A DNA stretch of 64,000 bases from Amoeboaphelidium protococcarum X5 (lineage: Eukaryota > Fungi > Aphelidiomycota): positions 335,053 through 399,052 of the forward strand of contig JALDTO010000215.1 in NCBI GenBank assembly GCA_023515725.1. The letters run 5' to 3'. The position numbers and the translations under genes are program-made. The notes under the pieces are model-generated. The model was not told the DNA's origin, made no database searches, and saw only the letters and a program-made list of their open reading frames with translations. This document shows, in pieces, positions 15,667-28,328 of the stretch; within the stretch, counting starts at the first letter, position 1, and each line of letters begins with the position of its first letter.

Positions 15667-16262
15667 ATTAAATACGGAGCTGGTAAATTAATTTGTAGTG
15701 TAGAAAGAAGTACAACTGTGTCTCACATCTATAAGTAGACTTGTACCAATACATGGAGGTGACTGAAATTCGCCAAGCATTCGAGTCAACCAATCACTGA
15801 CTCAACACTGTTGTACAATTGAAACCATGCGAGTACCTTGATCTATGTGCGACCATTTCATGTAACACATACTGTAGTGAATGCAAATATTAAGAGTGTG
15901 AGACAGCAACCGCAGTAAAGTTATCCTGGACCGCAATACTAAAGGATAACCAAGCGTCTACATTGATATCGCAATGAGAGAATAATGATCAAAGGTACCT
16001 TATTCTCCACTATGACTTGACACTATGAGATGTCCAATGCAATAATACAATTCAAGCTCTACAATTAAGGTAACACTTACCTATCTAATATCTGAAATAA
16101 TCTGCTCAGTATATATGCGTCAATGAGCAAGTTATCAGGCAATTGCAAAGTTTAAGCCGTTAAATGTTCTTACCACAATCTAGAAAGTAAGCTTTAATGA
16201 CGCATACTGATAATAATGAAGATCAAAAGCGCCATATAGCATACAATATTTCTTTATTACAA

Positions 16263-18643
16263 TCACGGTAGAACGGTCAATCATCACAGCAAGTCCAAGT
16301 CAGGACCGACGGGCAACACAAAGTCCTCGTCATGGCGAAAGTCCCAGGTAGTGTCAAACTGCTGGAAAAACTCGTCCAAGTTTGGAATGTAATCCTGATA
16401 AATATCCTTATCCTAACTTCTTGATATCTCCACATTGCGTTCAACTGCAGGAAGATAATCGCGCCTTGTCAGTACATAGACTCTTATGCAGTTGATACAA
16501 TCATTAATGTCTCCCAGTGAATAGCCAGTGCACATCTCGATTCTTTACAGTTCATCCTCCGGATCATTCGACACAGGGAGTCGGCACTCACACGCAACAT
16601 AGAAGGCAGCCGCTGCAACAACACTAGGCGTAAATTCCAGAGACATTTTCAAATGTAGGAATATATCAATATTCTGCAGCGCGTCTCTGAAAATATCAAG
16701 CCGAAAATGATAAGGCTCTGGTGGATAGCATTGCTTACTGCTCTTTACAGCACTTGTCGCTGGAAACAGTTCAGGATACACCATGGTTGCCTTCCGCATA
16801 TATAAACACAGCCAGTCAAAGTACGTAGGCGGCGTAAGTCTCCAGTGCAAACTCTACAATATGGCAATGAACACTCCAAATGTTATATGTATATAAATGT
16901 ACAAAGCAATTAAAACTTACCTAAACAATAGCCAGTTCCACAGCATTAAATTACCCCACACTTAGATTGTTTCCACCTGTAAAGCGAATGATTTCTTTGA
17001 CCGGTGGTGGCTATATTTCCTCCTTCTTTGATGCAATAAAAAGACACGCCGCAGCGACAATCTGATGCAAGTCGTTAGATATCTTTGTTGTAATAGAATA
17101 AAATCTATCCAGATAGTTGAGAGCCAACTAAAACGTTTCCCTATGCAGCTTCATGTCTGTTGAAGTCTCCATCATCCAGTTCACAATAATCATTCTCATG
17201 CCAGGGTTGAGTTCCTAGTACTGAAAGTAATGAGGATTAGGCAGATACGTTTCCTCAACTTCTCTCCACGCAGTCCAAATGTCATTCCGAAATTGAATTT
17301 CTTCAGAAAGCAAAGCTGAGATCTTGGGAAGATTCTGAGGCCAAGGACTTTTTGGGGTCTTCAAAACTCGTCTCAAATCGTACGGAGAAGAGGTGGATAG
17401 CCTTGAAGAGCAGCCGGGAAGATATAGCTCATACTTGAATTTGATCCACTTTCTTGTACATCCATTATCATCCAGTGCATCGTAAAGTTCAAAGTGTTGA
17501 CTCAGATCATCATCTTCGCCGTCGACATCACAGTCAGGATCGAATACATTTTCGTCATCATTGAGCTCATTCAAGATATCTTGCGGTGTCTATAGAGGAA
17601 TTGAGCACAAAGGATAAAAGGCTGAAGAGTGCTTTGGCTTTGCATCATCCACTCCCGCAGAAGCATTTTAGACGGTCTCTCCTTGCAATACTAGAGGAGA
17701 TGTGCCAATAAAAGGATCCAAAGAAATATTTATTGTACCTGATGTAATATACGAGTTGTTGAGATTATTCTGCAGCTTGCCAGCCTATTACTAGAGTAAG
17801 GATGTATCCAAAGTCTCGGAACAGTATAAATCCTTGCTAACATCGAGTTGAGGAGATGAAGCAATAGCATTACAAGGCAAGAGATGTGCCTTTTTAGCGG
17901 TTGGTTTAACAAACACTCCCAATCCACTGTTAGACAGAGAAGCATGTGGTAAAGCTTTAGCGCTTGCAGTACTTTAACTTTACCACTAGCAAAAATCAAC
18001 AGTCCTGTCCCCAAAATTGAAATTATCACCTTTAAAGAATGGAGTATCATCTGGAGAGTTTGAGGCTACAGACAGTGGCTCTTGACATGTAAAAGTAAAC
18101 CCGCTAGTTGCATCTGGTTATTTTTCCACAAAACTAATAAGATTCTCCTTGGCTGATGAACTCCTAGCATTGCCATCGCCATCAGTGTTATCCAGCGACT
18201 CATCATTGATCGATATTTTGGCCAAAGATTCGTTATTGAACATCTCCTTGGTGGACATACGCACTCTATCCAACTTTGATGAAGAGTGACGATTAAACCA
18301 TCTTGGAGATGGCGAACAGTGCGACTCCACAGGAACAAACACTCTAGTATTGTAAGACCAACCAAGCTCAGACTTGATATATTCTGCCGACGATAGAACA
18401 TTTGTACCCATAGAGTCAGCTTAATCCATTCTCAACTTTTTATTACTACTTGGAAGCATAGAACCAGCACGTCTTATATCAGACACTGAACAGTATTTGT
18501 TTGTAGGAGTAAGACTCTCATCATAGCCATCAACTAGCGCTCTCTTCGCCCTCTCCTACACAGTACAAGAATACAAGAATGTAAATAGACGCATTGAAAT
18601 GTACAAGTAGAGACATTATAAATACCTTATTAGAGGCAGACAT
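16263..18643 (-). CDS. Cyclin E-like protein with a long low-complexity N-terminus (2 introns)
   Basis: Cyclin box MRMIIVNWMMETSTDMKLHRETFQLALNYLDRF...AACLFIASKKEEIQPP, then LHWRLTPPT. LHRETF is typical of cyclin E. Confidence 0.8.
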
Positions 18644-19212
18644 TGTATTCAGCTCTTTGAGTGCTGATATTCTTGAGCTATTTAAATTCCTACCTTAATA
18701 GATATTATGATAAAGTTGATGACTGACTGATAAATCGATGTAAAACTTACTCAGAATCTGTTTCAGTCTGGTCCCTCTCAGACTGCACAATAGTCATGAT
18801 ATTTGATATGGCAATAGTCAAACTGAGATTATTTCAATGCACACACTTATAGATATCAATAAAGATAACAAGATTGTGTGTAAATATATGTCACAAATCC
18901 AGTGAATGAAGAGTTTCAAGTCTACTATACAGAAGATACTCAGTCTAGTCTAGTTTCTAAAGCGGAGGAGTTGAAACGAAGAAGCGAGAAAATATCAACG
19001 CGCGTCAAAGTTGGAGAGAACGGGGAGCGAGCGATTTGTTCCGAGCAGTCTGTTTTCGGCAAACACTCCACTATGAAACTGAGTATTTTAAAACGACAAA
19101 GTACCGCGATTTTGATCATAGATTAAAGCAAGACCGATGGTAAGAGCTATTAATACAATGATGGAATTAACATAAAGATGCGTAGGAGACTATTTTATAC
19201 AAAGCTGACTTT

Positions 19213-20712
19213 TCATTTCATGAATCGGCCAAAGAGCTTCTTGATCAACTTTTGTATCAGGCCTTTAAGACCACCGCGACTCGTTTTAGCATCATAAAAA
19301 TCCCTTACCATTAGATTATACATTGACCCAAAGTACAAGGCAATAACTGTGCTAGTCAGTGTTATCACATTGTAAGGCATACTGAAGTCAGGTTGAGCCA
19401 GTGTCATCAAAACATTTTTACTATATACAATCTGATTGTCTGACAATTTTAGCCATGCAGGGCCAATATCGTATCCTCTACTTGGATCAGGCGGATACTC
19501 TGAGTACTACAAAAGTCTTTTATCATAATCAAACGTAATATTCGTATTCCCGCACGGCAGATTAAGGTTCAACTTAATAACAGATGGCTGGACGCGGTCA
19601 ATAGCTTTCTGATACGACATGGGGCCTGGCAGAGCAGTTGGCGGATACACCTTAAGAGTGTGCATCCATAGCATTAGGAACCACGGGTAAACATCATGAT
19701 ACTCAACTTTTTTTGCGGTATTCAATTGATCACTGGTGCAGTATCGGCTGATCTCAATATGCATTTATCCATAGTCGTCCCCACGACCAGAAATGTATTT
19801 AAAGATTTAGATTTAGGAAGTACTCAATTTATCAGCCTATGACTTCGCTGTGCCAGAAATCTAACCAATAACGTCAGATTTAGAGTAGATACATCGTCGC
19901 ATTGACCCAATAGATTTTTAAGTTAAGCATTTTCTATCAAGAGACACGTTATGAAGTGCAGAATCATACTCCACTACAACCACAGTTTATTCAGAGACAA
20001 GGCTCAGTCTTTCAATCTAACCTCCTAGCAACTTTTGCAAATCCCAAACACCATCATGTCCAATTTTATACAGAGATTCAATTTAAATTTCAGCTACATG
20101 CTCATTTATATTCAATTGGAAGGAATGATAATGAGAGTCAAGTATTTTGTAAGGATTTATAATACCACGGACACCAGTTCCTTTGGGTGCGTTGTAAGTA
20201 GGTAGAAGCTTGAGGAGAGGAGTAAGATTTTCAGTACAAACAGCCTCATTTAAACTACTTAATCTATACGTGTGATCGTCAATAGCCACGATGCTATTAA
20301 ATCCAGACTTTCCGAATTAAACGGTACTACAAAAGGCTGAAGACACTCGACTGAACAATTGCTCAACATCGAACATGGATAATTTATCAGGTGAAGTTGG
20401 ACGATACGCTATCAAGAGTCCATTAGGCTAAGGATAAAAACTACCATATCCATCCACACTCTAGGATACAAAGGGATTAACATTTCCTCTGGTGAGAGCA
20501 AGCTGCAGAACGTCTCCATCATCATAAATAAAGCCCTGTCGCAGCATTTAGTCCACCTCCACCCTGAATGTCATTCGAAACCTCACATAATTCTTCTTGA
20601 TAAAATCAATTTTTAACTCTTCAGAATATCCATACACCTGAGAACTAAGTATTATGACCAAGACGCTTAATATTAGCAATACTTTGCTGTATAAATCTGC
20701 AATTGAGAGCAT
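19213..20712 (-). CDS. GPI16: GPI transamidase component PIG-T/Gpi16
   Basis: Signal peptide, EAVCTENLTPLLKLLP, EYPPDP..GYDIG, PDFSMPYNVITLTSTVIALYFGS. Confidence 0.92.
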
Positions 20713-20923
20713 CTTTATTCACTGAATTTCTATTCACACTCAATCTTTACCAAGCAAGCGGCCACGTTCGAAACAATTAGGAAAAGAGAAAGCGCGTCGG
20801 TCTGTCGTTAAAGAGCTTGCCGCAAGTACAGCTAGAAGCATACCGTTTAATTTTGGCATTCTTGCGGGCTTCCCAGTGAGAAACCTCCGCTGTGTTTGAA
20901 ACCAGAAAGTATAAATAATAACA

Positions 20924-21658
20924 ATGCAGTTGAGTAAAGAGGAGATATAGAGACATTTGGATTAGCTTGGATTATCATACACTGAAGAGCTATTGGATTA
21001 GTTTGTAAAAGAATTCAACAATCAGCCAGATTAGATAACTGCTCCCAACGATAAAGTTCCCGTGCCATTTGAATCGTATGATATCTCTACTCCCTCAGTA
21101 GACTCTAAAAATGGAATACAGTATTCATTAAGTGATCAGGATGAATAAATGTAATTTTAATAAAATAATAATTAAATGGAATTCAGTCGATATTAAGTCC
21201 TGGGTGAATTGAAACAGATGGGTTATCATGATGTACCAGAGGATGTTATTGATGATATCCTCTATGATCTCCATCATGAATAGAGAAGACTGCGTGAAGA
21301 TAACATTTATGATGCCTCTGCTCCTCCTCCTCCTCCTCCTCCTCCTCTTGTAAATGGTATAAATTTTAAACGTGCAATTATACAGAATCAAGTCGATTTA
21401 TCATCAGTTAGTCAACTCATAAGAGTGCAACGTTAATAACAGTAATCGACATCAGATTAACGATAAACTTCGACCAAACACTAGAGAGTAATAAATTAAT
21501 CCTCATCTAGGCCAAAGTACAATAACAAGACTGACGTGGTGAAAATGTATCACATGTATCGCAGGATTTGGGATAATGATTAATTTTTATAAAGGCAAGA
21601 GGGGAAACTCAAGCCCAAAAAAATGTTTAATGGTATTGGATACAAAGATGTAATGTGA
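20924..21658 (+). CDS. HYLS1-like centriolar/ciliogenesis protein (244 aa)
   Basis: N-terminal EEIQRHLDQLGLS...LLDQFVKEF motif (a second similar copy follows) and C-terminal KTDVVKMYHMYRRIWD resembling the HYLS1 box. Confidence 0.6.
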
Positions 21659-21756
21659 TACGACTAAATATTTGAGTAAAAGGATGTGTAAATAAAATAG
21701 TCATACGATTAATTTTCTAATAATAATACTCGTGTATAAGATTCAGGGCTATGATA

Positions 21757-22392
21757 TCAAACGTCTTATTGATCAATATTTCTCAGCACAACTCTCTTGG
21801 ATGGGTATCCAGCAGCTGGTGATTCCAGGACTGCATACTGCACTTGACCATTATCGGACATCCAAACACTGATCTGACCATTGGCTATTGATCCGCTGAC
21901 AGAGAAACGCGTAAAAGCCTTGCCATTAGAGTCATACATGATTCCGTGCACATTACTACTGCCTCTATTATGCTGAATGTAACCTTTGATTGGTTCACCA
22001 AGGATAAGCTTGGCGTTCTCATTATCTTTGGCCAGTTGAAGACATTCGTCATAAACTTTGGTGAATGATATATGCCTTTTACCGGTGATGAAATTTCCAA
22101 TAGGATCATAGCCGGATAGTTCACTAAATAACAGGTATCCAATCGTGGCAGTAAGTCCCAATCCTGCAGTAACCAGACCAACGTATGATGTCTATCTACC
22201 AGTGTAAACGACGCGTTATCCCGGTGTCATTTAACTCCATGAAAGATTGTCCAAATTGGCTAGCTCATTTCTCTACTGCAATCGGACCAGCTTTAGAGAC
22301 TTTTACGGCTTATTCCCATTATTTTAAGGCACCGCTTAAGAGTATAAACGTCTAAGTGCAATTGTATACTTTTACTTGAATAATAAATTCAT
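21757..22392 (-). CDS. TIM21: Mitochondrial import protein Tim21
   Basis: Presequence-like N-terminus, TSYVGLVTAGLGLTATIGYLLFSEL transmembrane segment, LGEPIKGY. Confidence 0.88.
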
Positions 22393-22633
22393 AGTGTTCT
22401 ACAACTCGTTTCTAATTCTATTATGATGATATAAATTGATTTTTACGGCAGGCGCGGAAAAAGGCGGAAAACCACACGCGTAGTTCTCGCGCAGTTTTCG
22501 CTGCAATTTGACTCTTTTACACCCTCACTTCTGCTCTGTTCGGTATATCAGGACGGTAAGGTATAAGGCTGTCGCTGCACAATTCAATTATAATTTATTA
22601 GCGTCTTTAGAATTTATCTTTTTAAAAGTAAAC

Positions 22634-23467
22634 ATGGCGTAAGAATACTGGTTCCCAACTCATAAACTCAAAGCCATAGATGAGAGCGATCCTAGGTAGC
22701 CGCTGGTTATCGTTGCATGTGGATCATTTTCACCCGTGACGTATCTGCATATGCGCATGTTTGAGATGGCCAAGGATTTTATAGTGACCACTCTGCCTGA
22801 AAATCCTGTAAACAGTTAATAATAGAACGCTACCATTAGTCAAGTTAATGTAGAAAGCGTCGCCCAGGTGGACACGATAAGCAGAGTGATGAATGTGGGT
22901 GGATAAGGATTCTAGTTACTGGGTGGGTATTTCAGTCCGGTGAGTGATGCGTATAACAAGCATGGATTGGCACCGGCGAAGCATCGCGTCAACATGCTCA
23001 AACTGGCTCTCGATAATGGTGGGAGCGACTGGCTTATGGTGGATGAATGGGAGAGTTAGTAGAGCGTATTTCAGAGGACAGCTATAGTGTTGGATCATTT
23101 CCACCGCGAACTAAATGAGAAGATGAAGCCATCTAGGCCAATTAGACTTATGCTACTAGCTGGCGGAGATTTGATTGAGAGTTTCCAAATCCCTAATCTG
23201 TGGGATGTTCAAGATCTTCATCATATATTGGGAGATTACGGTTGCCTAGTGCTGGAGCGAACAGGGGCAGATACCCATAGTTTCCTGCTGGAAGATGACA
23301 TCCTATACATGCACCGTAAGAATGTGTTTGTTATCAAGCAGTTGATCTAGAATGACATTTCCTCCACCAAGGTTCGTCTATTTGTCAAGAGGGGCTTCAG
23401 CATAAAATATCTAGTACCAGACAGTGTTGTCAAATACATTTACGAGAATCGATTATTTTTAGAATGA
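22634..23467 (+). CDS. NMA1: Nicotinamide/nicotinate mononucleotide adenylyltransferase
   Basis: [44 protein letters not shown]. Confidence 0.95.
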
Positions 23468-23568
23468 ATAAATTATAGGTGAGAGATGTGTCAAGTTATA
23501 ATACAGAAAAAAGATGTTAATAAACGCGTATTTTATTGTACAATATGCATCTTTTTAATACCAGGGCA

Positions 23569-25296
23569 TCAAGTCCTGTTATTTCGCTAGTCAGCAGAGC
23601 TTGAGGACACTGAGCGCGGCCTGGAGCCAGATGAATTCTCAACATCTGGACTTGCCAAATTACCAGCGGCCATCGGGACTTCAAGGTTGCCACTGAGTGG
23701 ATTCACTTGACGCTCCTGCTGAGTTTGTAGCACTTTGGTATTGTATGAGCCACAGCATTGACACTTGTGATAGAGGAAGTGATACTTGGTCTTACTCTTC
23801 TCCTCGCAGTCATTGCACAGGATTACACTGTAAAAGTCTTCATACTCCGCAGGCATGGTATGATTCCCGAGCATCTTATCAATCTGCTAAAAGTACGCGT
23901 TCATATTAGATAGAGATTTCCAGCAGATGGGACACTGATAAGAGTTCTTGATATGTTCATTGTAACATGTTAAATGAATGCTATGCCCACAAGCCATAAA
24001 GATTACTGTACTCGTGCTAGTGAACATGTAATCTTCACAAATCGGGCAATTTTGATCCAAATTACGCTCTATGCAACGATGGTTATCTTTCAGATTCATC
24101 GCCAGGCAGACATTACATTTATCACAGTGAAAGTAATCGATACCAAGTCCTCTACCAATACGACATAGACCACATTTATCACAGTGATAGATACTCTAAT
24201 TAGGATCATTATTCCAGAATTTGCAAACATCGCAATAATACTTGGCCATGGTGGCCTAACAAGGAGGATTGGCGCATTGTTAAGCTGCAGGTTGAACTAC
24301 TTTACAAAGCATGCACATCATATTCACAGTGGCGTGTCTGTTAATTTAATGATCAGTCTCCAACTCATCATGACAAAGTCTGCAAGTCTAGAATTTTCCG
24401 CAACAGGCAGCCTATAATTTACAAGACCTCTGATAATGCTTACATCCCAATAGACGTACAGATTCATCAAAATACGTATTATCAAGAGCTGAGGGGGCGA
24501 CATTGTGCTCAACTCCATGTAAATCACAAACCACCGCGGCAGTATCCTTATCAATCTGATTACCGCTTGTTATTGCTTAATGACTCAGTTGAGATAATCT
24601 CTTAACAGGTGGCTAGTGTGAAAACTATTACATCATCAACTTTTAGATACGACGAGCTTTCTCCGAGTTATCAAGCGCCAAGTCCTTCTGCACTTCCACA
24701 ATCTATCGACGTAATTACATTTACGCTTGATTCTCTGCTTAATCGCTAGAAGAGCTAGTTTACCCATTGATGTCCATATTGTCTCCGCCGCCACCATTAC
24801 TTGGATTCACAATGGAGGATGACTATTAGCCCGAGGCTTAAGATACAGCAGTCATCATTTGATAAGGTGACACTTCGACATACACGCGATGCTCAGCTGC
24901 AGGATCACTTGAAGTATTGTCAGTCATTGAGAAATCAGATATATCATTCGTGGTGGCAGTTGCAGTGGTGGCCATATCGGAATCCATAGCCAAAAGAGAT
25001 GACATACCAGTGGAATTAGTAGCTGCCGACGGATAATGAAAGTGTTGATCGTTGTTACTGTTCAATGCCTGCTAACGATTACGACGACTATTAGACTATT
25101 GCACAGAAGAAGAGGAAGAAGATGGGGCAACGGCAGACAGTGAAGGTGATGCATCAACATCATTACTGCCACCACTTAAATCATCAATCGGAGTGCGTGC
25201 CAAATCTTCCACCATTCTATCAAACTGCTCATCCACCGACGACTGCCCAGCCGAGCTCCCAGACATTTAATTACCATCTCTCCCACCTGAAGACAT
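23569..25296 (-). CDS. RCHY1: CHY zinc finger and RING E3 ligase (RCHY1/Pirh2-like)
   Basis: GCKHYQRSCKL, HCDKCGLCRIGRG, CPICEDYMFTS...CGHSIH...CPIC, C-terminal zinc ribbon CNDC...YHKC..CGSYNT. Confidence 0.9.
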
Positions 25297-25579
25297 TATA
25301 TAATATAGTAACTTTCAAAATTAAAATTGCTGCAATAGAAGATTCTACTAGAAAATAGAGATTGTGAAAGAGAAACAAAGAGATTTCGTTTCAGTTTGAA
25401 CTTGCGAAACAATCCGATAGTGCGCGTGCGCTCTCTTCAATTTACGCGATCAATTTCAATGACCAATCAGGAGATTGATTGGATGGGAAGTCAATGCTTT
25501 CAATGAGAACGCAAGGTTAAGGAAATGCATAAATAACTAAAACAGGCAACAGTATAATAAACATTGCATTCCTACTACT

Positions 25580-26521
25580 TCAATTGAGATAGATTACTTA
25601 CTCGATTTTGTTATAATTTCCATAGTCCTGATCACCATAAACAACTTTTACTATTACGTAGATGGAGAGCATGTATAGAATTTCAACGCCATTACTGAGT
25701 GCCATTCTTAAGAAATTGAACAGCGTCTCCGGATCATCAGCCTTGGGTGGAGTGAGAAACGCGTACAATGCAAACACAGACACGCTGAGATAAAGAGCCA
25801 ACTTTTAGCCCGTCTTGACAGCCACAATTACAGCAAGCACCAGATACAGAATACAAGACAAGATAATGGCGATTAACGCCGGGCTCATCAGTCCAGCCTT
25901 TTGTGCTTTGGTGCTAACAAACAACTTAATTCCATACTTTTCCACGATATGCAGTGATTAACACGGTCTGGTCTCAACAAAGAAATCGTAAGCGCCACAG
26001 AAAGCAGCCAACAAGGCAACACCGTACAACAACTCTTTAATCTTGAGCCATTGCGGGCGAACATTAGTAGCAGTATAATGATGAGATTTATCAATAGCAG
26101 AGTTCTATTAGATTAATACATGCGATGGCGGGAATAATCTGTCGATAATATGATAGGCCGCAGCGAATAGAATGCTAATCGTTGTACCATGCAAAAGATA
26201 CGTCATACATACACCATATTTGAGCATTTGCACAGCAATAGACTATTCTACATCATCGTCAACACCGTCGCCGTTATAGGTAATATAATCCACATCATTC
26301 AATATGGATGGACTGGCACAGCGAAGCACATTATCAAAAATCAACCCGCACACGATGATCAAAATACCATACACAGCCAGTGCAACAGGCGAAAATTTTC
26401 TAAATAGAATACACATCTGTACCAAGAGGATGACATGCACGACAGCATAATTTCCGTGCAAGATTTAAAATATTATTTTGTACAGAGCGGATTGAGTGGT
26501 TGTTGTTGTATTATCCATCAT
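25580..26521 (-). CDS. Uncharacterised multi-pass membrane protein (313 aa, about 7 hydrophobic segments)
   Basis: Single TGA-free frame joining track ORFs 26243-26461 and 25598-25801. Confidence 0.7.
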
Positions 26522-26707
26522 AAATTCCGATTGATTATAAAAATAGCTCTTATGAGAGAGAATAAAGTGGCTGACTTAACGCTGATTGTAAAGCGGAGGC
26601 GAATTTTCATCACGTCTCCTGATTGCCCTTACATAGGTGCAGACAACGGGGAGTGACTTCAAAGCGGCTCAACTCTGTATAAAATTAGTCACTTAATGTT
26701 AAATAGA

Positions 26708-27880
26708 ATGGACTCTCTAATAAATACTTATATTGCTGATTAGATTGCTTTTAATTCGCGACTTTCTGAGATTAGAGAATGGTTGAACTTTAATCAGTTG
26801 CCCGATTAGGAAAACAATTTCACCTGTAACACTAGAGCCAAGTTATGGAAGCTATTACTTGGTGTCGATTCCGTATCTGCCACTGAATACAAGTCGCTCA
26901 TTGGGAGAGGGCCAAGTTCATTTTATGAAAAGATCAAGAAGGACACTAATAGGACGTTTAAAGCTGACAGCGACTTCAAAAGCATGGTTGATGAGGGAAA
27001 GTTGATTCGCGTGCTGAATGCGTTCATTTGGAAGATTGAATCAGATGGCTGGAATGATTAGAAACATAAGTTCACGTACGTCCAAGGTATGAATGTATTT
27101 GCAGGTATATTCTTATATGTAATGCCTGAGCTAGATGCATTCTATTGCTTCTTCAAATTCATTACTCAAGTATGTCCTCAGTATGTTCAACCACAACTTG
27201 ATGGCGTCCATCACGGACTTGAGGTATTTGTGATTGTTTGACTCGCGTTGTTTCTAAATCAGCATTTTTTATCACGTATGTGTAGTTACTTGATGAAGCT
27301 TTAAAGGAATGTGATTATGAAATATGGAATCACTTCAAAGTTCATAAGCTCATACCGCAGACGTATGGGTTTCCAAGTAAGTTTATTCTTTAGCACTTAG
27401 GTTTGATTGGAATTATACGTGATCTGTAGCTGTCATGACTTTTTCTGCGTGTACGGAGCCACTGTCGCAGGCAATTTTTTTATGGGATTATTACATTGCG
27501 AATGGCTTTCACTGTAACATTGTATCTGCAATAGCTCAGTTTCAACTGATGAAACAAGATTTATTAAAGTCCTCAAGGTAAGATATGTTCCTTACATGCG
27601 GTCATTATATTTAAATTCGCGTGCGGGTAGTCCAATGAAGCTGGTTCGCGTGATGCCTTCCCTAGATTCAAAAGCAATCATCGAGCGTATACCGTTAATC
27701 GCAAGTACTATTTCTGATGACTTGTGGAAACGCATTTGTGTGCACATGCGGTAAAGTAAATCTCTCATCAGTTACAAATCAGAATCATCTGTCCATCCTT
27801 CCAGCGATGCGCTTCAGGACATTGATGATTTGGTCATTTAAGACGATGATGACAACGACCAGGATAATGTTTTTGACTGA
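26708..27880 (+). CDS. BUB2: TBC-domain GAP Bub2/Cdc16 (3 introns)
   Basis: RAKLWKLLLGV, KIKKDTNRTF, YVQGMNV, CPQYVQPQLDGVHHG, YGFP|VMTFSACTEPL. Confidence 0.9.
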
Positions 27881-28328
27881 CTAAATTGAAATTTACGTGT
27901 GATTGGAATCTCGTTTAAGTTTAGTGGTGTTTTATTAAGCATAGCTAAAGGAGCGCGCGAATATTTCAAAAATGGTAAACAAACGCTTTGTCATGTATCA
28001 ACTTTTGTATTTCATCTGAAACAAGTAGGATATTTAATAAATTTTCATCTCTATTCCTAGTCGCATAAACTCTCAATTCCATCATTATTGTTGCAACTTA
28101 TACAGTAGCCAATATTCTGTCTGCATCACTCAATCAATCACCATCCTATCCACACGACCGACCGGCAGACGAACCAATAAACAAATCTTCAGCTTCAATT
28201 GTTCTTTCACAACGCCACACAATCTTCAACAAATAATAGCATTTTTATATTATCTATTAGTTGAAACAAGGCTTTATTTCGTAAAATTAATAAAGTCATC
28301 TTTATCAACATCATAATTTGGTTAGAAA

